A stretch of DNA of 64,000 bases from Adineta vaga (taxonomy: Eukaryota > Animalia > Rotifera). Made by a program: the position numbers and the translations under genes. Numbering within the stretch: position 1 is the stretch's first letter; the number at the start of each line of letters is the position of its first letter. The notes under the pieces were generated by a model. The model worked only from the letters and a program-made list of their open reading frames with translations. It was not told the origin of the DNA and made no database searches. Shown here piece by piece: positions 51,077-64,000 of this stretch. The stretch lies in NCBI GenBank assembly GCA_021613535.1, contig CP075495.1, positions 5,022,001-5,086,000 of the forward strand, given 5' to 3'.

Positions 51077-52162
51077 GTCATATATTCAAATGACGACAAA
51101 GAACGAAGAATAACTGGACGAATAGATATATGTATACATGCATCTATTCCGATGATACAAGTCGATGTTGTTCTCTTTCGTTTCAACTACGTCTTTTTGT
51201 CTTTAAATAATCTTACAAAGATCAAACTGTAATGTGCGCAACGATCAATATAGCTCGACAAGCGTATAAGAGTATTCAAAATGAACCTATTCATTAAAGT
51301 ATCCTACCTTGTATTTTACTCCAGTCTTTTGATATTTCTTATCTGAGAACTATAATCAACATAGAAAGAGATGGTTTCTTATACACCATCGATCCAACAT
51401 TGACACGGTGTCAACTGTCAATAATTGTCTAGCTTTCTATTTTACCATATTGTATAGAGGCTTCTACTATGATAAAGTTATACACCCAGCTGTATAGTAT
51501 ATATAGAAATACGTTGTGTATAAGCTTGCAGATTTCATGTTTACTAGATGTTAAATTATAAATTATCGTTAAGAAGATTTTATTAATGATTATAACATTT
51601 GCTTTCGGGTATGTTAATAAAAATTTATATCGAAGTTAATTAAGTATAAAAGGCTACAATGAACTATTTCAGTGCAGACTATTCTTGAAAAAAGAAGATT
51701 CATTAGAATATTTTTCACAAGTGAACTATCATGACATGTTATTAAGTTGTAGTGATTTCGATAACTATAGTCTTGTAAGAACATTTTCGTAATTTTTACA
51801 TTCTCAATGGATCTTCGGAATGTGTCATTAATTGTCAGACAAATTCCGTTCTAAGTGCATTCCTATAATCTACGATAAAATCAACGAAATGAAAAATAAA
51901 AAGAAGAAAATAAATGTAAATGTTAAAAATTTCACGAGAAGATTGACATATGAATACTGTTTATAAATATTATGCTAGTATGAACTCTATTATCCCATCA
52001 CCATTCCGTAGTTTTATTCCGTATTAAAAATGATCATATATTTAGTTCATTTGACTCAACATATAATGAGAAAGAATTAAGCATACAATAAACAACGTGC
52101 CAGGATTGATGATAATCGAATGGATATGTTCAGTACACACATTAGTTTAGTGTTTAGTTCTT

Positions 52163-52858
52163 TTATGTCCATGTTCGCATTAATTTTTCAACCATTAATT
52201 GTTGAACAAAAGTATCTAATTGTGAATTATATTGACTTTTATCAAGTTTATGACAAATACCATTACGTCGAAATGATTTTCCACGTTGACATTGTGTAAA
52301 TAAATTCATCTGTTCATTAGAATCTTCATCCGTTAGATCAGTTTGAAAATTCGTTGGATCTAATGAATCTTGACATCGTATATCAACAGAAAAATCATCA
52401 GGACCAGGTAAAGCATTGATTAGACAAGATGGAATTGTATCATAAACTTGTTCAAAATCTGGCCAAACAAATTCACTTGATGGATCATCAGTTGATGATG
52501 AAAATGATTCATAATTACCAAAACGAACTATACGACGTTCGGAAGGACTACTTTGAATATCTTCACTACGTGTTCGATTTTCTTTTGTTAAAATAAAACG
52601 ACGTTTTAATCTTGTACATAAATCTTTCAATCGATTACTATTATTATTATTATTTGTTGTTGGTGATGTTGGTAGCGATGAATGCATATCATTTTCATCA
52701 TACGATAGAGCTTTTGTCGATACATTTAATTTAATCTGATTAGGAAAAAGACGTTGATGATTTGTATCCTCAAGATCTGTTTGACATGAATGATGATTTC
52801 GATGTTCACGAATTGAACGTAAATGATGAGCACGACGTGGTAATGTTACTGATGTCAT
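52163..52858 (-). CDS. hypothetical 231-aa protein
   Basis: Long single-exon ORF in AT-rich DNA with host-like codons. No family recognised. Confidence 0.75.
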   Translation of the reverse strand: MTSVTLPRRAHHLRSIREHRNHHSCQTDLEDTNHQRLFPNQIKLNVSTKALSYDENDMHSSLPTSPTTNNNNNSNRLKDLCTRLKRRFILTKENRTRSEDIQSSPSERRIVRFGNYESFSSSTDDPSSEFVWPDFEQVYDTIPSCLINALPGPDDFSVDIRCQDSLDPTNFQTDLTDEDSNEQMNLFTQCQRGKSFRRNGICHKLDKSQYNSQLDTFVQQLMVEKLMRTWT

Positions 52859-53423
52859 TGAAGATTTGTAACAGACATATAAGAACCGATTAACAAGTAT
52901 AAAATCTCGTTCTATTCAAGTGTTCTTTTAATGCTCGTCGATCTCGTGATAATAGAAGGAAAATAAGCCAATGAAGATTGAAATAGATAGGAAAAAAAAT
53001 TGTTGTTGAATCAAATTGATGAGCTTGTTTATATATATATACATCTAACGTATCTGTAGGCAGATCTTGTCAAAATTAAATTAATATAAACCATTATCAG
53101 AATGCTCTTATTTTTTCTTCCTTTCTCTCTCTCTCTCTCTGTCTCTCTGTTTCTACCCTTCATATTATAACTCTAAGTATGTTTTTTTTCCTTCTCCTGT
53201 CATTTTGTCAAACACGTAATTTCTAACAGGTTTGTTTTGCAATGAACACAGAAAGACGTGTCACGAGATAGAGAAGACATGAACAGTAAAATATCAACTA
53301 TTAAAAAATAATGACATTTTGAAATCGAACACTTTTATATCATATTAAATTAATGAGATAGGTTTTTTTCTCTAAAAAAATACTTAATTAATAATAATAG
53401 TAAAATGTATACATAGTGATCTA

Positions 53424-54127
53424 TCAACTGTTTATTGCTGTTGTTCTTTCAGATGAATCTGTTGTAATAGGTGGAAATGTAGATTCTTCATTTTCATGAA
53501 CAATATCTGTTGGAATAGTAAGATTACTATTGGTATCTGATATACGAACAAGATTAGCACTACGTGTATAAGGATGAACACCATTCATAAGATAATAACC
53601 GATACCAAGAGCTAAATGAAATGTATATTTTCTGAAGAAAAGATAAAAATAAGAATATGTTCAACATACCAATAACAGCAGAAAGAAGAAAACCAGCAAA
53701 ATTATTCATTATCATTAGCATTAATATATAGCTTAATGTTGTTTGTACTAAACGTACAAGTGTACGTAAAAGATGAAGGACGAATCTAGATCAAGTATAC
53801 ACTTAATTAAGAAATGTTAACTTATAATTTCTATCCTACAATCGTATTCGTATTGTTCTTTGTGATAAATGATTTGTTACAGAACATGATGGTATGTTTT
53901 GTCCAGTAATTGAATAATGTCTCAGATAGAGATCAATGCCTCGACTTAATTCGATTAATAATGCAAAAGCCATACAAGCAATAATTGAACCAAAACAATC
54001 TAATAACAATCAATCGATTTATTTTATTTTAATTTATTTTTTCAACTCGAAATTCACCTCCAAATGAAGCAATGTTTATATTATTGATCATAAAATTGTT
54101 CTGATAACATTTATATGTAAACGTCAT
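53424..54127 (-). CDS. Ctr/SLC31 copper transporter-like, 4 exons (absent from the ORF track)
   Basis: Spliced product MTF...; TM1 CFGSIIACMAFALLIE; HLLRTLVRLVQTTLSYILMLMIMN with MxxxM; TM3 FLLSAVIALGIGYYL; ends AINS*. Confidence 0.85.
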
Positions 54128-55155
54128 CGTTTATGAGTTACTTGAAACAAAACACTATCTATAATATAGATTTAAATATTGTTTAGAAAAACAACAAACA
54201 AGGAAGTATTTACAATGTATATATTTGTTTTTTTTTTCTAACTAGTACGCTGAAGAACGAATCGAAAAGTCAAGTTATGTTTTGATAACTATGTTGAACA
54301 ATAGAGAAGTCATTCTTTTGTTATGATACGCAACGACTGAATAACAATTAAGGTTTTGCTAAACGGTTCATCTGAACTATTTAATCTATGTACGAAAATA
54401 ACTTTTCCTTCAGAAGACTTATATGAATTCGAATAATTACATCCCAGGGATGTCATCAGTAGATAAATGCAACTTCCTCTTGTCATTAATTTAGTAATCT
54501 TTAACATTAATATAAGCTTGGAGATTTTCTGAAGAAAAAAGGTTATTTCTTGTTTTTAATGCGTCATTGAAAAAGATCTGCTCTCGGGCAATAACACTAG
54601 CGTTTTTCTCAATTGTTATGATCATATATGATTTCTCTACTTTAATTGCACTGTTAAGAAGATATGGATATCCGGTAACCGAGATAATGCGGTTGAACGA
54701 ATATATTTCGTGACATGATCCGTTCGTATAATTGATATACAATTACGACTGAAATGTTTCATATAATTCTCTCTAGACAGCAAATGTTACTGCACAATAA
54801 CTTTAAATTCAACTATTATCTTAATCTATAAAAATATAATAAAAACAAACGAAAGATATTCTTTTGAATAAAATAATTTATTTTATATTTGTCTTCTTTT
54901 CAATCGTCCTATTACAATAACAATAATTTCTATTCGAAAAGAAGATAAATCCAGATGATCATTCATTTAGATTCACACAAACATTAATGACAAGTTTTTA
55001 AAAAGAAAACAGAAAAATAGTTGCAGCTCAAAGAGCAGACAAGAAAAAGGATCGGACGTAAAACACAAATCAAAATGAGATTTGAATACATATACAGAAA
55101 GATTTGCTAGAGATAGATAGATATATACATATTGTGATATTTCTTTTTAAGAATC

Positions 55156-56449
55156 TTATTTAATTGGAAGTTCTAATGAATTTGTATTCATTTCGACTTT
55201 TAATCTTTGTACTGTCTGATCAGCATATGAATCATCTTCGAATAATTCATCAATATTAAGGTCTAAATGAAGTTCGTCGTCATCATCATCATCATCATCA
55301 TCATCATCGGCGTCGACGGCAGATGGAAGTCCATTCTATAATTTAGCAAAAATGAAAATTTTATTGAAAAATAGAAGATCTTACTGGTTGGAAGGAGTTT
55401 ATGATATGATTTGCGTGATCTTTACTAGTAAGTAAAGGTAGAGATAAAGTTGATGAAGATGACGCTGGTGTCGTTGGAGATGCTGAATTATTTGTAGGAT
55501 CTGTTGTTTTATTAAGAAATCTTACGATTGGTGGTTGAATTGAATGTTCTTTTGAATTATGATTTGTTACATGAGATGATAAACGAACCATTGGTGTAAG
55601 TAATGTCGAACGTTTATTTGATAAGGAATTCGTTGTTGATGTAGAAGAACGTTTGCGATTCTACAATGACAATTCGAGGTGAAATTCGAAATACTATATA
55701 ATCAATTATTGTCCAAATAGTATACTTACTGAATCTTTTGTTGATGATGAATTAACTCGTTGTTGTTTTTGACTAGATAGTAGTGATGATTTTCGATAAT
55801 CATTTGTATTATTTAAACATAGTTTTCCATTACTAATCTTTTTCATTTGTTCATTTCTTGTTCTCATATAAATTTTCATTTTGTCTAATTTTTGTTTTAA
55901 TTTTCCCAATAAAATTTTTATCTGTTGACTTTCATCCGAATTGACATTCTCATAACTTTGTTTATGTTCATCTTCTAAACCTTTGATTTCAGATTTTGTT
56001 GTTATAAAATCAATCTGTAAACTAACACGACGTTCATGTTTTTTTAAAGCATCCAATTGTTGTTTAAATTTTACACGTTCATATTTAAATGTTTTCTTTT
56101 CATTGTCCGTATGATTATTTAATATTAAACGTCGTTCACATTCTTCTATTTGTCTAATAACATTTGAGATTTTTTTCGCTGTGGTTTGAGTTTCTTTTTG
56201 TAATAGAATAAGTACTGATGATGGATCACGATGATCAGATAGAACTGGATACGGAAGTTTTAATATTGTATCTTTACGAGTATTTGAAGATGATAAAGGA
56301 TTTGTTAAAAATTCTGAGTTGATTTTCGTTGATGGAGAAAGAGAATATGAAGATGATGATGAATGAGTTTCATATGTTGAATAGAATTCATTTAAATTTG
56401 TATCAGTAGATGAGATTTGATCGTAAGTAGTTGAAGGATGTAATGACAT
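55156..56449 (-). CDS. hypothetical coiled-coil protein with a poly-Asp tail, 3 coding exons
   Basis: ORFs 55706-56449 and 55361-55591 plus a last exon ending ELPIK* join by GT-AG introns; a (GAT)n run encodes the poly-D. Confidence 0.8.
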
Positions 56450-56750
56450 TCTGTAGAAGGAAAAATAGGAATTTCAATGAATTGATTAAACGAAGGTATA
56501 GAGAAGAATGTAAACTCGGATTATTTAAGACATCTCAGTTTTTAGATGACTTTACCTTGTTGATATATTAATAAATGACAAATCATAAAATTAACCCATC
56601 ATGGCTGATTTACATCTGAAAAACAAAGGAACATAGTAAACAATACACATATATAGATACAAGAAAAGAAATCTATTTGGTAACAAAAAAAATCATATCA
56701 AGATTACGTTAACAAAAAAACAAAAACAAAGGAAAAAGGTCGAATATCAA

Positions 56751-59623
56751 TCAAGGATTTGATGATAATCCGTAAAGAATCAAGCTAAGTGTTGATGATG
56801 AACTAGCATTATGTTTCGAAAATGACGGAAACACACGTTCGACACCGGCAGATCGTTTGGTTGATTTTCCTAAATGTGTACATCGATTAAAACTTGGTAA
56901 TATCAATGTTTCCATAGTTGATTTTTTGTTATTTATACCCGATGATTGACCTGTACGTGGTGTTGGACGTTCCCATCGTTCATAGTTTTTATTATTATTA
57001 TTATTATTACCACCATTGGATATATCATTAGAATCATCATCGATCGAGAAATTATTAATATCATCATCTGTATCACCACTAAATGATTGATTATCATCTT
57101 CATCATCTTCGTCATCATCATCATGTTCACTGCCACTTAATTTCAAAAGAGCATTGATATCTTGATGTGTTAATGATTCAACAATTTTCTTTCCAATGGA
57201 TATATCACGAGGTGATGGAGGTGTTGGTGGCGTGGAAGAAAAATCATTCAAACCAAGTTTTGCACGTTGTTCAGCATTAGAATTATTATTTGCATCGAGA
57301 AAGAATTTTTGTAATAAACCCATCGGCGTTTGAGGTTCAGATGATGAAGGCAGAACACCACCATTTAAATTCGAAAGAATATCGACGAGATTGGGGCGTG
57401 ATGATGAACTACCTGCTGCAGCATTATGTAAAACATTAAATGGATTCGCAGCGGCAGCAGCTAAGAATTCTTGTTGTTGTTGTAGAATAAGTGCCGTTTC
57501 ATAATCCATCATTTCATCATCAAATTGAAAATCTAAATAGAGAAAAAAGACATTTTAATGGATTTTGCTGTTCAAATTATAATCAAAGGGAGTTTATTAT
57601 TTACCATTGATTTCATCTTCAGGTACGCCTAATTTCTTATGTGCTTCAGCTGTTAAAGCGCGTAGAATTGGATCTGATTTTTTCAAGAAACTAAACTGTA
57701 ATTGCATGGCTACATGACGTCTCCATGCTTCTTCGTGATCTATAATTGTTGCTTCATTTTCATTAGTCATTTGTTGAGTCGCTTGTGTATTGTTTGCTTT
57801 CTTCTTATGTTTATGTCTCTTTGCTTTTCTTCGTCTTCGATTAAATTTTGCTGAAACAGCTTGATTTCTTTCGGGATTTACTGTCACTTGATTGTCTTTG
57901 TCATCATCATCATCATCGTCATCGTCATTGCCGTTATCACCATCAGTTTTTTGAACATTTTTACTAGGAATTTCTGTCGTAGAAACGGTTTCAGTTATTT
58001 GAGATGATGAAGAACTAGATGGATTAATAAAACTAGCAAGACGAGTTTTAATTGCATCTAGAGCAGCAGACGACGAAGAACTGGATGGCATTGGTAAAGG
58101 AGGTGGTTGATTTGAAATTAAACCATCGGGTACGGTACGCGGTTCACTGATAGATAGTGAAACAGGTACTTGAGGTTCAAATATTATTTCTTGTTCGTCA
58201 TCATCATCAGAATCGGATGATTCAAAAAGAATCTTTTTTCCTGTCACTCTATGTAGATCTAATGGTGGTAATTTAACTTCTTCTTGTTTTCGTATTTTTG
58301 GTGAGGGTGGAAGAGGTATGGATGCTGTTGGAATTTCAGTTTGATCAGTTAAAAATGTATTATTGAGATAATCACGATTTGCTAATCGCATAAAACGTTG
58401 AAGTTTACCGAATTCCTAAAATGAAAACAAAAAGAGGTGACATATAAAAAAAATTATTATTTGTCTCATGAAACATACTTGTACTAAGAGATGAAATTGT
58501 TTTTTATTCTGTTCCTTTTCTCGTTGTGTTTTCGTTTTCATACGTTTTAATTTTTCAATACGAATTCGTAAATTAATATATTCAATTTGTTTTTTTAAAC
58601 GTTCATTTTTTATTACACTCGCTTGTTCATCATATATTGAATTGTTTCTACCTGCTTCTGATTGACGTAATTGATTTTTTAATTGACGATTAATAACTTC
58701 AACCTCACGTTTATCTTTAATAACTGGATATGGAATATTTTGATTGTAGAATGAATCATTTGTAGTAATGTTATCTTCTTCTTCATCATCAACTTTTTCA
58801 TCTGATATTTTAGATTCATGAAGAGTAAGATTGGATAAAGGTATTTGATTTGATGCTGATATTGACGATGGTAATGGTGAAGATGATGGCGATGGAGACG
58901 GTGATGGTAATGGTGACAATGAAAAATCTTCTGTAAGATCACGATAAGATGTCGTTTGTCGAGAAGAAAGTACATCGCGAGTTTTTGAATGACTAGTCTC
59001 GTCTAAAGCATCTAAATCATGATATGGTTTTTCATTGGATCGTCTAAGGAAAAAATAAGAAATATAATGAGAGAAAAGATTTATACAATTTTAATTAATT
59101 ACAAAGAATCTCTTGATGAAGATCTTGATCGACTAGATGAACTATATGATTTTGATCGTTCACGTGGTGGTGGAATAATTCGAGTTTCAGGTTGAGTTTC
59201 TACTGGTTTTGGGATTGGTTTTGTTTTAGCTCGCGCTTCAGGAATTACTTCACGTTCTGGTGTTAAACTATGACTTAATCGTGCTTTCAAATTTGTTAAA
59301 CGAGTTTGTACGGAAATCCATTTTTCACGTAAGGTTTTGACTTCTGTTAATAGACGTTTCTTTGTATCAATATCTGCTTGTGGTTGAACTTTGAGTTCGT
59401 CACGTAACTCTAATAAACGTTTGCCAATTGTTTTTCGTTTGTTTTCAAGAGCTAAATATGTTTGTTTAGGTGTTAATGTTGCAAGATTATTGTCGGATTC
59501 TTCTTCTACTTGTTGATCTTCTTCTTCATCATCATCATCAGACGATGTTGTCGATGAACTTGATGTTGTATCATCTTCATCACTTGAAGTTGATAAATTT
59601 TCTTGATCTTCATTGTTAGCCAT
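56751..59623 (-). CDS. large low-complexity coiled-coil protein, probably nuclear, 4 exons
   Basis: Four long ORFs join in phase (MANNEDQE...GLSSNP*); acidic tracts, an RS-rich segment and a basic NLS-like RRRRKAKRHKHKKK. Confidence 0.85.
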
Positions 59624-60688
59624 GTTGAATGAAGAGAAAATAAAATAAAAGATGAGATGAAATTTTCGGAAACTGACATCTGGTTGGCTTCTTATTTGAT
59701 ATAAAGAATAACCAATCACATGATAGTAGATGTCAGACTCTATTTTGCTTCTGATCTCAATCACAACTACAGTCATCCTTTAGGTAGTTTTGTTTGATCG
59801 AACGCTATAATGCAATGTCAGATTGGAATTGATTATTGAAATTATTATTTCAGACCGGTTAAATCCATACTTTTCAAATTGAATCTTCATAAACTGAATA
59901 TATAGATCTTGCATAATTTGTTAGAAAATTTTTCACTTGTATTACGGGATTATTTGGTAGAGGCTTTTTAATTTATTTTTAGTTTGAATATATTAATCCT
60001 TTCTATCCTGACGTTTTTTGGGGTGATCAGATTGATAGGAAGAAATGCCAGTCATATGTTGAACTATGCGATATAGTAATAAGAGGAAATGTCCATCCAG
60101 TTCGAATACAGATATACCACTAATATCATACTATTTAGGCGAGTATCCAGTTGACGAAAACCTTACCGGTCAGACGTGGCAATTGAGCATAATTATAGTA
60201 TCTATTATTTGACTTCAAACAAGTCTTCATCGAAAAAAAATAAACGAGTTCAAGATAATCCTGTAGATGACAAAAACATTAAAAAAAACAGCTAATGGAT
60301 AAGCGAATATACTTTTAACTATATCTTTTAAATTTGATTCCATCTAGAATATTAATTCATTTTTTAGTATCTGGAAGAACTGTGAATTGATAACATTTGA
60401 CCCTCAAATGTCTTTGGTCTATTTCTCATTTGATAGGATGTGAGCAGCTTCATGTCTATCATCGATCATATCTCGTATTGTTTTCAGATTTAAATTGATA
60501 TTCCATTGTTTTTGTAACTCATGTTCTATACAGGTTTGATGAGTTGACGAATTATTGGATCTTGTTGAACTAAATCGTTTATTGTTAACAAGAATATGAT
60601 TGCCAGTCAATCTATTTAAAACATCAACTTCTCGAGTGTACCATTCATCTATGATTGAATTAAAAAATTTAGTTTTATCGACTGACTA

Positions 60689-60809
60689 CCCAGATGGACA
60701 AAACGAAGCCATTTACAAAGCGTTTTGCGGAATGAACCGTTCCGCCCTGTATTCTCCTTCAAAACGGTTACTATACGGATTCAGAACGGATCGTATTATT
60801 CGACCTGAG
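60689..60809. mobile_element. 121-bp MITE-like insertion
   Basis: GC-rich island bounded by TA-cccag ... ctgag-TA (5-bp TIR with one mismatch, TA duplication). Confidence 0.5.
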
Positions 60810-61615
60810 TAAAGATCGTGAATCACGAAAGATGGAGCTATAGTTCATATTGCGATCCATTTTAATGATTACAATCTCAGTACCATTCACAATAGAATGA
60901 AAATGTGACTAATCTATTGAATTGTGAGCTATTCTAATTCAAACGAACTGAAAATATATTGCTCTAATGAAACCGATTTTTTATTTTCCAATTGAGATGA
61001 ACTCCAATAACTTTGAGTTGTGTTCAATAATTTACGAATGATAGCTCTAGTATCTCCAAGAAAATTTTGCATAAGAGTCGGCACGAATTAGTCTAACTGA
61101 GAAAACATTTTTATGTGTGATGCCAAACTATGGACAGAGTTAAAATGAAAATAAATATTTGAAATATTACTAGGTTACTTTACATAGCAACTGTCGAACA
61201 CCTTATCGTATGTTTTCTTGATGCGCATTCAAACAATATTGTCGAATGTTGAATATTTCGGTACATCTACCCTGTTACGTTGTTACTAAAAACGTTTTCT
61301 TCTGTCCTTTGTTTGTTATATACGTAAAGGAAACAAAAAAACAACCTGAGCTAGTTAGATATATGACACGTGCAATAGCGTTGTTACGAAATATACAAAG
61401 AAGAAAAATATCTGGTCAAAACAGAATAGAAGGATAGGTCTTTCGTAGTTACACAAAAGATGTTCGAAGAGGACAGGAAAAAAGCAGTGTATTGAGTACG
61501 ATTGCGAATTTATTTCTTAGTGATATTTGACAAAAGAGAAAAATGATAATACATTTTGACTAGATAGAGATAGAAGCATTGGAGATATAAATATATCTAC
61601 AAACTATGTCGTGTT

Positions 61616-62005
61616 ATGCAGTACAATCTTCTATATCAAATACATATAATGCTAACCTGTTTTACCTATTCATTACTTAATCGTTGTATATTCATGGCGC
61701 TTTGCTCACGTAACATAGCTGTCTTTACTTACAATATTCAAACAAATGCACGTCCATTCGATGAAATTCTCTGCTCATTTGATACATCAATTGGTTCAAT
61801 GCCTGTAAAAACTGATCAAGATTTTCTTCGACCAAAATCATTCGACAAATGTGCAACTTGAATATTACTATAGAACATCATTCATGATGTTTGGATACAA
61901 GATTTCTTCGATGATAATGTAATACATATACTTATTCTTCGATTTCCTCGTCAAATTCGACGACATTACATAATGGATGGCATATCCTTCGCACGTATAT
62001 TTTAA
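61616..62005 (+). CDS. possible small secreted peptide precursor, 2 exons
   Basis: A putative intron 61805-61873 (gtaaaa...ctatag) joins the ORF to NIIHDVWIQDFFDD...QIRRHYIMDGISFARIF*. Hydrophobic leader ending TNA; dibasic RR before a 13-aa tail. Confidence 0.35.
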
Positions 62006-62107
62006 AAACATAGACATTCTTATACTAAACAAATTTATTTTTCTATATATTTTGTTTTTTCTTACTGAAAATACATAAAAGAAAAAGAGAAAAGAAAAAA
62101 AATCACA

Positions 62108-64000
62108 TTAAGTGACAGTACATTTCGATTGTTTGATAAAATTAGCTTGTTGACAACGAAAGATCAGATGAATATCATCGATAAAATATGTATTATTTCG
62201 AAAGAAATCATTATTATTTGCTGTTTGACAATAATTCTCAGCTGTATACTCAATAAGAAAACGTTTCATCAATAAATTGGCACTCATAAATGGCCATAAA
62301 TAATCATCAAGATTGATATTTTTTTCCGAAAGAAAACTTGATCGTAATAATAAATAAACAATTGATTCATCATTGAAAAGATGTTTTTTTAAATTATTTT
62401 CATCTTGTTCATCTTCATAAGATTTTAATGCACATTCAATATGATATGGATTTGTTTCAATACTTAAACGAAGAATTTTGATGAGAAGTTTAATTAGATG
62501 ATATTCAATTGAAATATTCGATTGGGAAAGAAAACCAAAAGGAAGAAATAATGTATGATTTAATGGATAATAGATTGGTTCAATATAATATGAACGTTCA
62601 TGTTCATCGGATGAAATTGACGATAAATATTGAACATATTCGAGATATGAAGAAAATGTATTTGATAATGTATAATCATTTGGTATTGAATAATGACCAA
62701 TACGAATTTGAAGTTGATTTAATTCATTACGAATAATAGTTGTTTCATTGACAAATAAATGATCTGATTGTTCAGTTAAAAGTCGAAAACGATTAATTAG
62801 ATTTTCCACAAGAATTTTTCTTGAATTAAGAATTGTCTAAATAAAAATAGATGATTACATTATACTATTTTGATTATTTTTTTTTCATAAACGACAATCC
62901 ATCACGTTTTGCTTACGTCAATGCACACACTGAATCGAGAACGTTCCTTTTCTCTCTCTATTGTTTGACGCCCTTAAACAATAGTATATTACTGAATAAT
63001 ACCTTGGATATGTATGTTATTTATAAACAAGAATGTGTTTAACTATCATTCATAAAGGTAAAAGGTTTATCGAACATAGTTCCTAAAATGATGACTTAGT
63101 AAAAGACAAGTTCATATATGTTAATGTATAGTGATTCAATCATTTGAATATTTCAATTGATTTCTTTTTCGTGACAATATATAACTATTTTCTTCATCTA
63201 ATTAAATATGCATATACTATCAAAGAAGAAATGATTCAACTCGTCGAAAATACTTGAATACTACGAATGATGGAATAAATTTATTTTGCATTTAAAATTG
63301 CTTGAGAATCGATTCGTCATTTCTTTTCTTTTTTTATTTTATTTACTAACGATTTGTACGAAAGATGATTGAATTCGATTATTCTCATAGTCAAGGATAA
63401 TTTAATTGAGAACAATCGTCGACTAGCTATTGTGCTTCTTAATTTCAATACTCGATGATACTTAACAAAATTGTTAGATGAATGATTCTATGAATATTGA
63501 TCTTAGTCTTTTTCTCATTACCTGATTATCATCATGAACAACTTGGTTTAATAAAGAAGGATGATAACAATTGAAAATATCAAAACAACTCTGAATATGA
63601 CAGGACAAATTTGGATAGATTGTTTGATATGTATAACTATAAACTTGTTTATGTGGAGTGATATGAATATGATTTTGATGTTGAATATATGGTTGATAAT
63701 ATGGATAAATAAATTTTCTATATTGATCAAAAAATGCATAATTAACTAATGTATCAATGGGTGTGAATTTTAATAAATTTTCATATAACATAGATATAAA
63801 AGGCCAATCATTTGAAATAAAACTATCTGTCGTATGATGAAATATATCAAGATTTATTATTGATATTAATTCATCTGATTTCATTCTTTTATCTAATAAT
63901 TGATCAAGTAAATCAATAGTACATGATTGATTACGATGATTTGAATGAACATTTTGTTCGATCGTTTTTAAATCAGCTGTTACACGTTGAAGATGTTCGA
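62108..64000 (-). CDS. 3' part of a neprilysin/M13-like protein lacking catalytic motifs (5' end beyond the window)
   Basis: YYPLNHTLFLPFGFL aligns with M13 NAFY..RN.I.FPAGIL; also TLVNYAFF, FLIEYTAENYC and terminal FRC...KCTVT. No HExxH in the last exon. Confidence 0.7.

Noticed and set aside
51400-51414. Palindrome ttgacac-g-gtgtcaa
   Set aside because: A 7-bp arm palindrome is expected by chance in 64 kb; no other support.
54310-54742. Two short minus-strand ORFs with atypical codon usage
   Set aside because: No recognisable motif or splice structure; could be a decayed relic but cannot be supported.
61859-61873. Stop-codon readthrough or selenocysteine at TGA 61859
   Set aside because: A second stop (TAG) follows, and an ordinary intron explains the downstream frame.

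Overview
This is eukaryotic, very AT-rich, gene-dense metazoan DNA with tiny GT-AG introns (mostly ~45-70 nt). That pattern plus bacterial/fungal-type genes best fits a bdelloid rotifer (inference). Gene models were spliced and translated by hand, and family assignments come from remembered motifs, not database searches. Gene order: partial membrane protein; UNC-93; small orphan; intronless NCS EF-hand/PLAT fusion; orphan TM protein; APC1; estrogen receptor (NR3A) with two alternative 5' ends; ~55-exon type V/XI-like fibrillar collagen; divergent P2X-like channel; Nup133; DUF962 protein and fungal/bacterial-type glutaminase A (HGT candidates); WSB1; TMEM272-like; two orphans; Ctr copper transporter (missed by the ORF track); two tandem coiled-coil genes sharing an unrecognised domain; possible secreted peptide; and a protease-dead neprilysin-like gene. 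Small non-autonomous TE-like elements are also present. Best leads: (1) an ER with a perfect ER DNA-binding domain but a predicted occluded ligand pocket, a 1-nt frameshift in zinc finger 1 and an AGGTCA-N9-TGACCT palindrome in its own locus; (2) a P2X-like gene lacking most ATP-binding residues, also frameshifted; (3) an NCS calcium sensor with a PLAT domain instead of a myristoyl site; (4) a shortened collagen helix (~249 triplets) whose ancestral 54/99/108-nt exons are split by extra introns. No rRNA, tRNA or CRISPR array was recognised.
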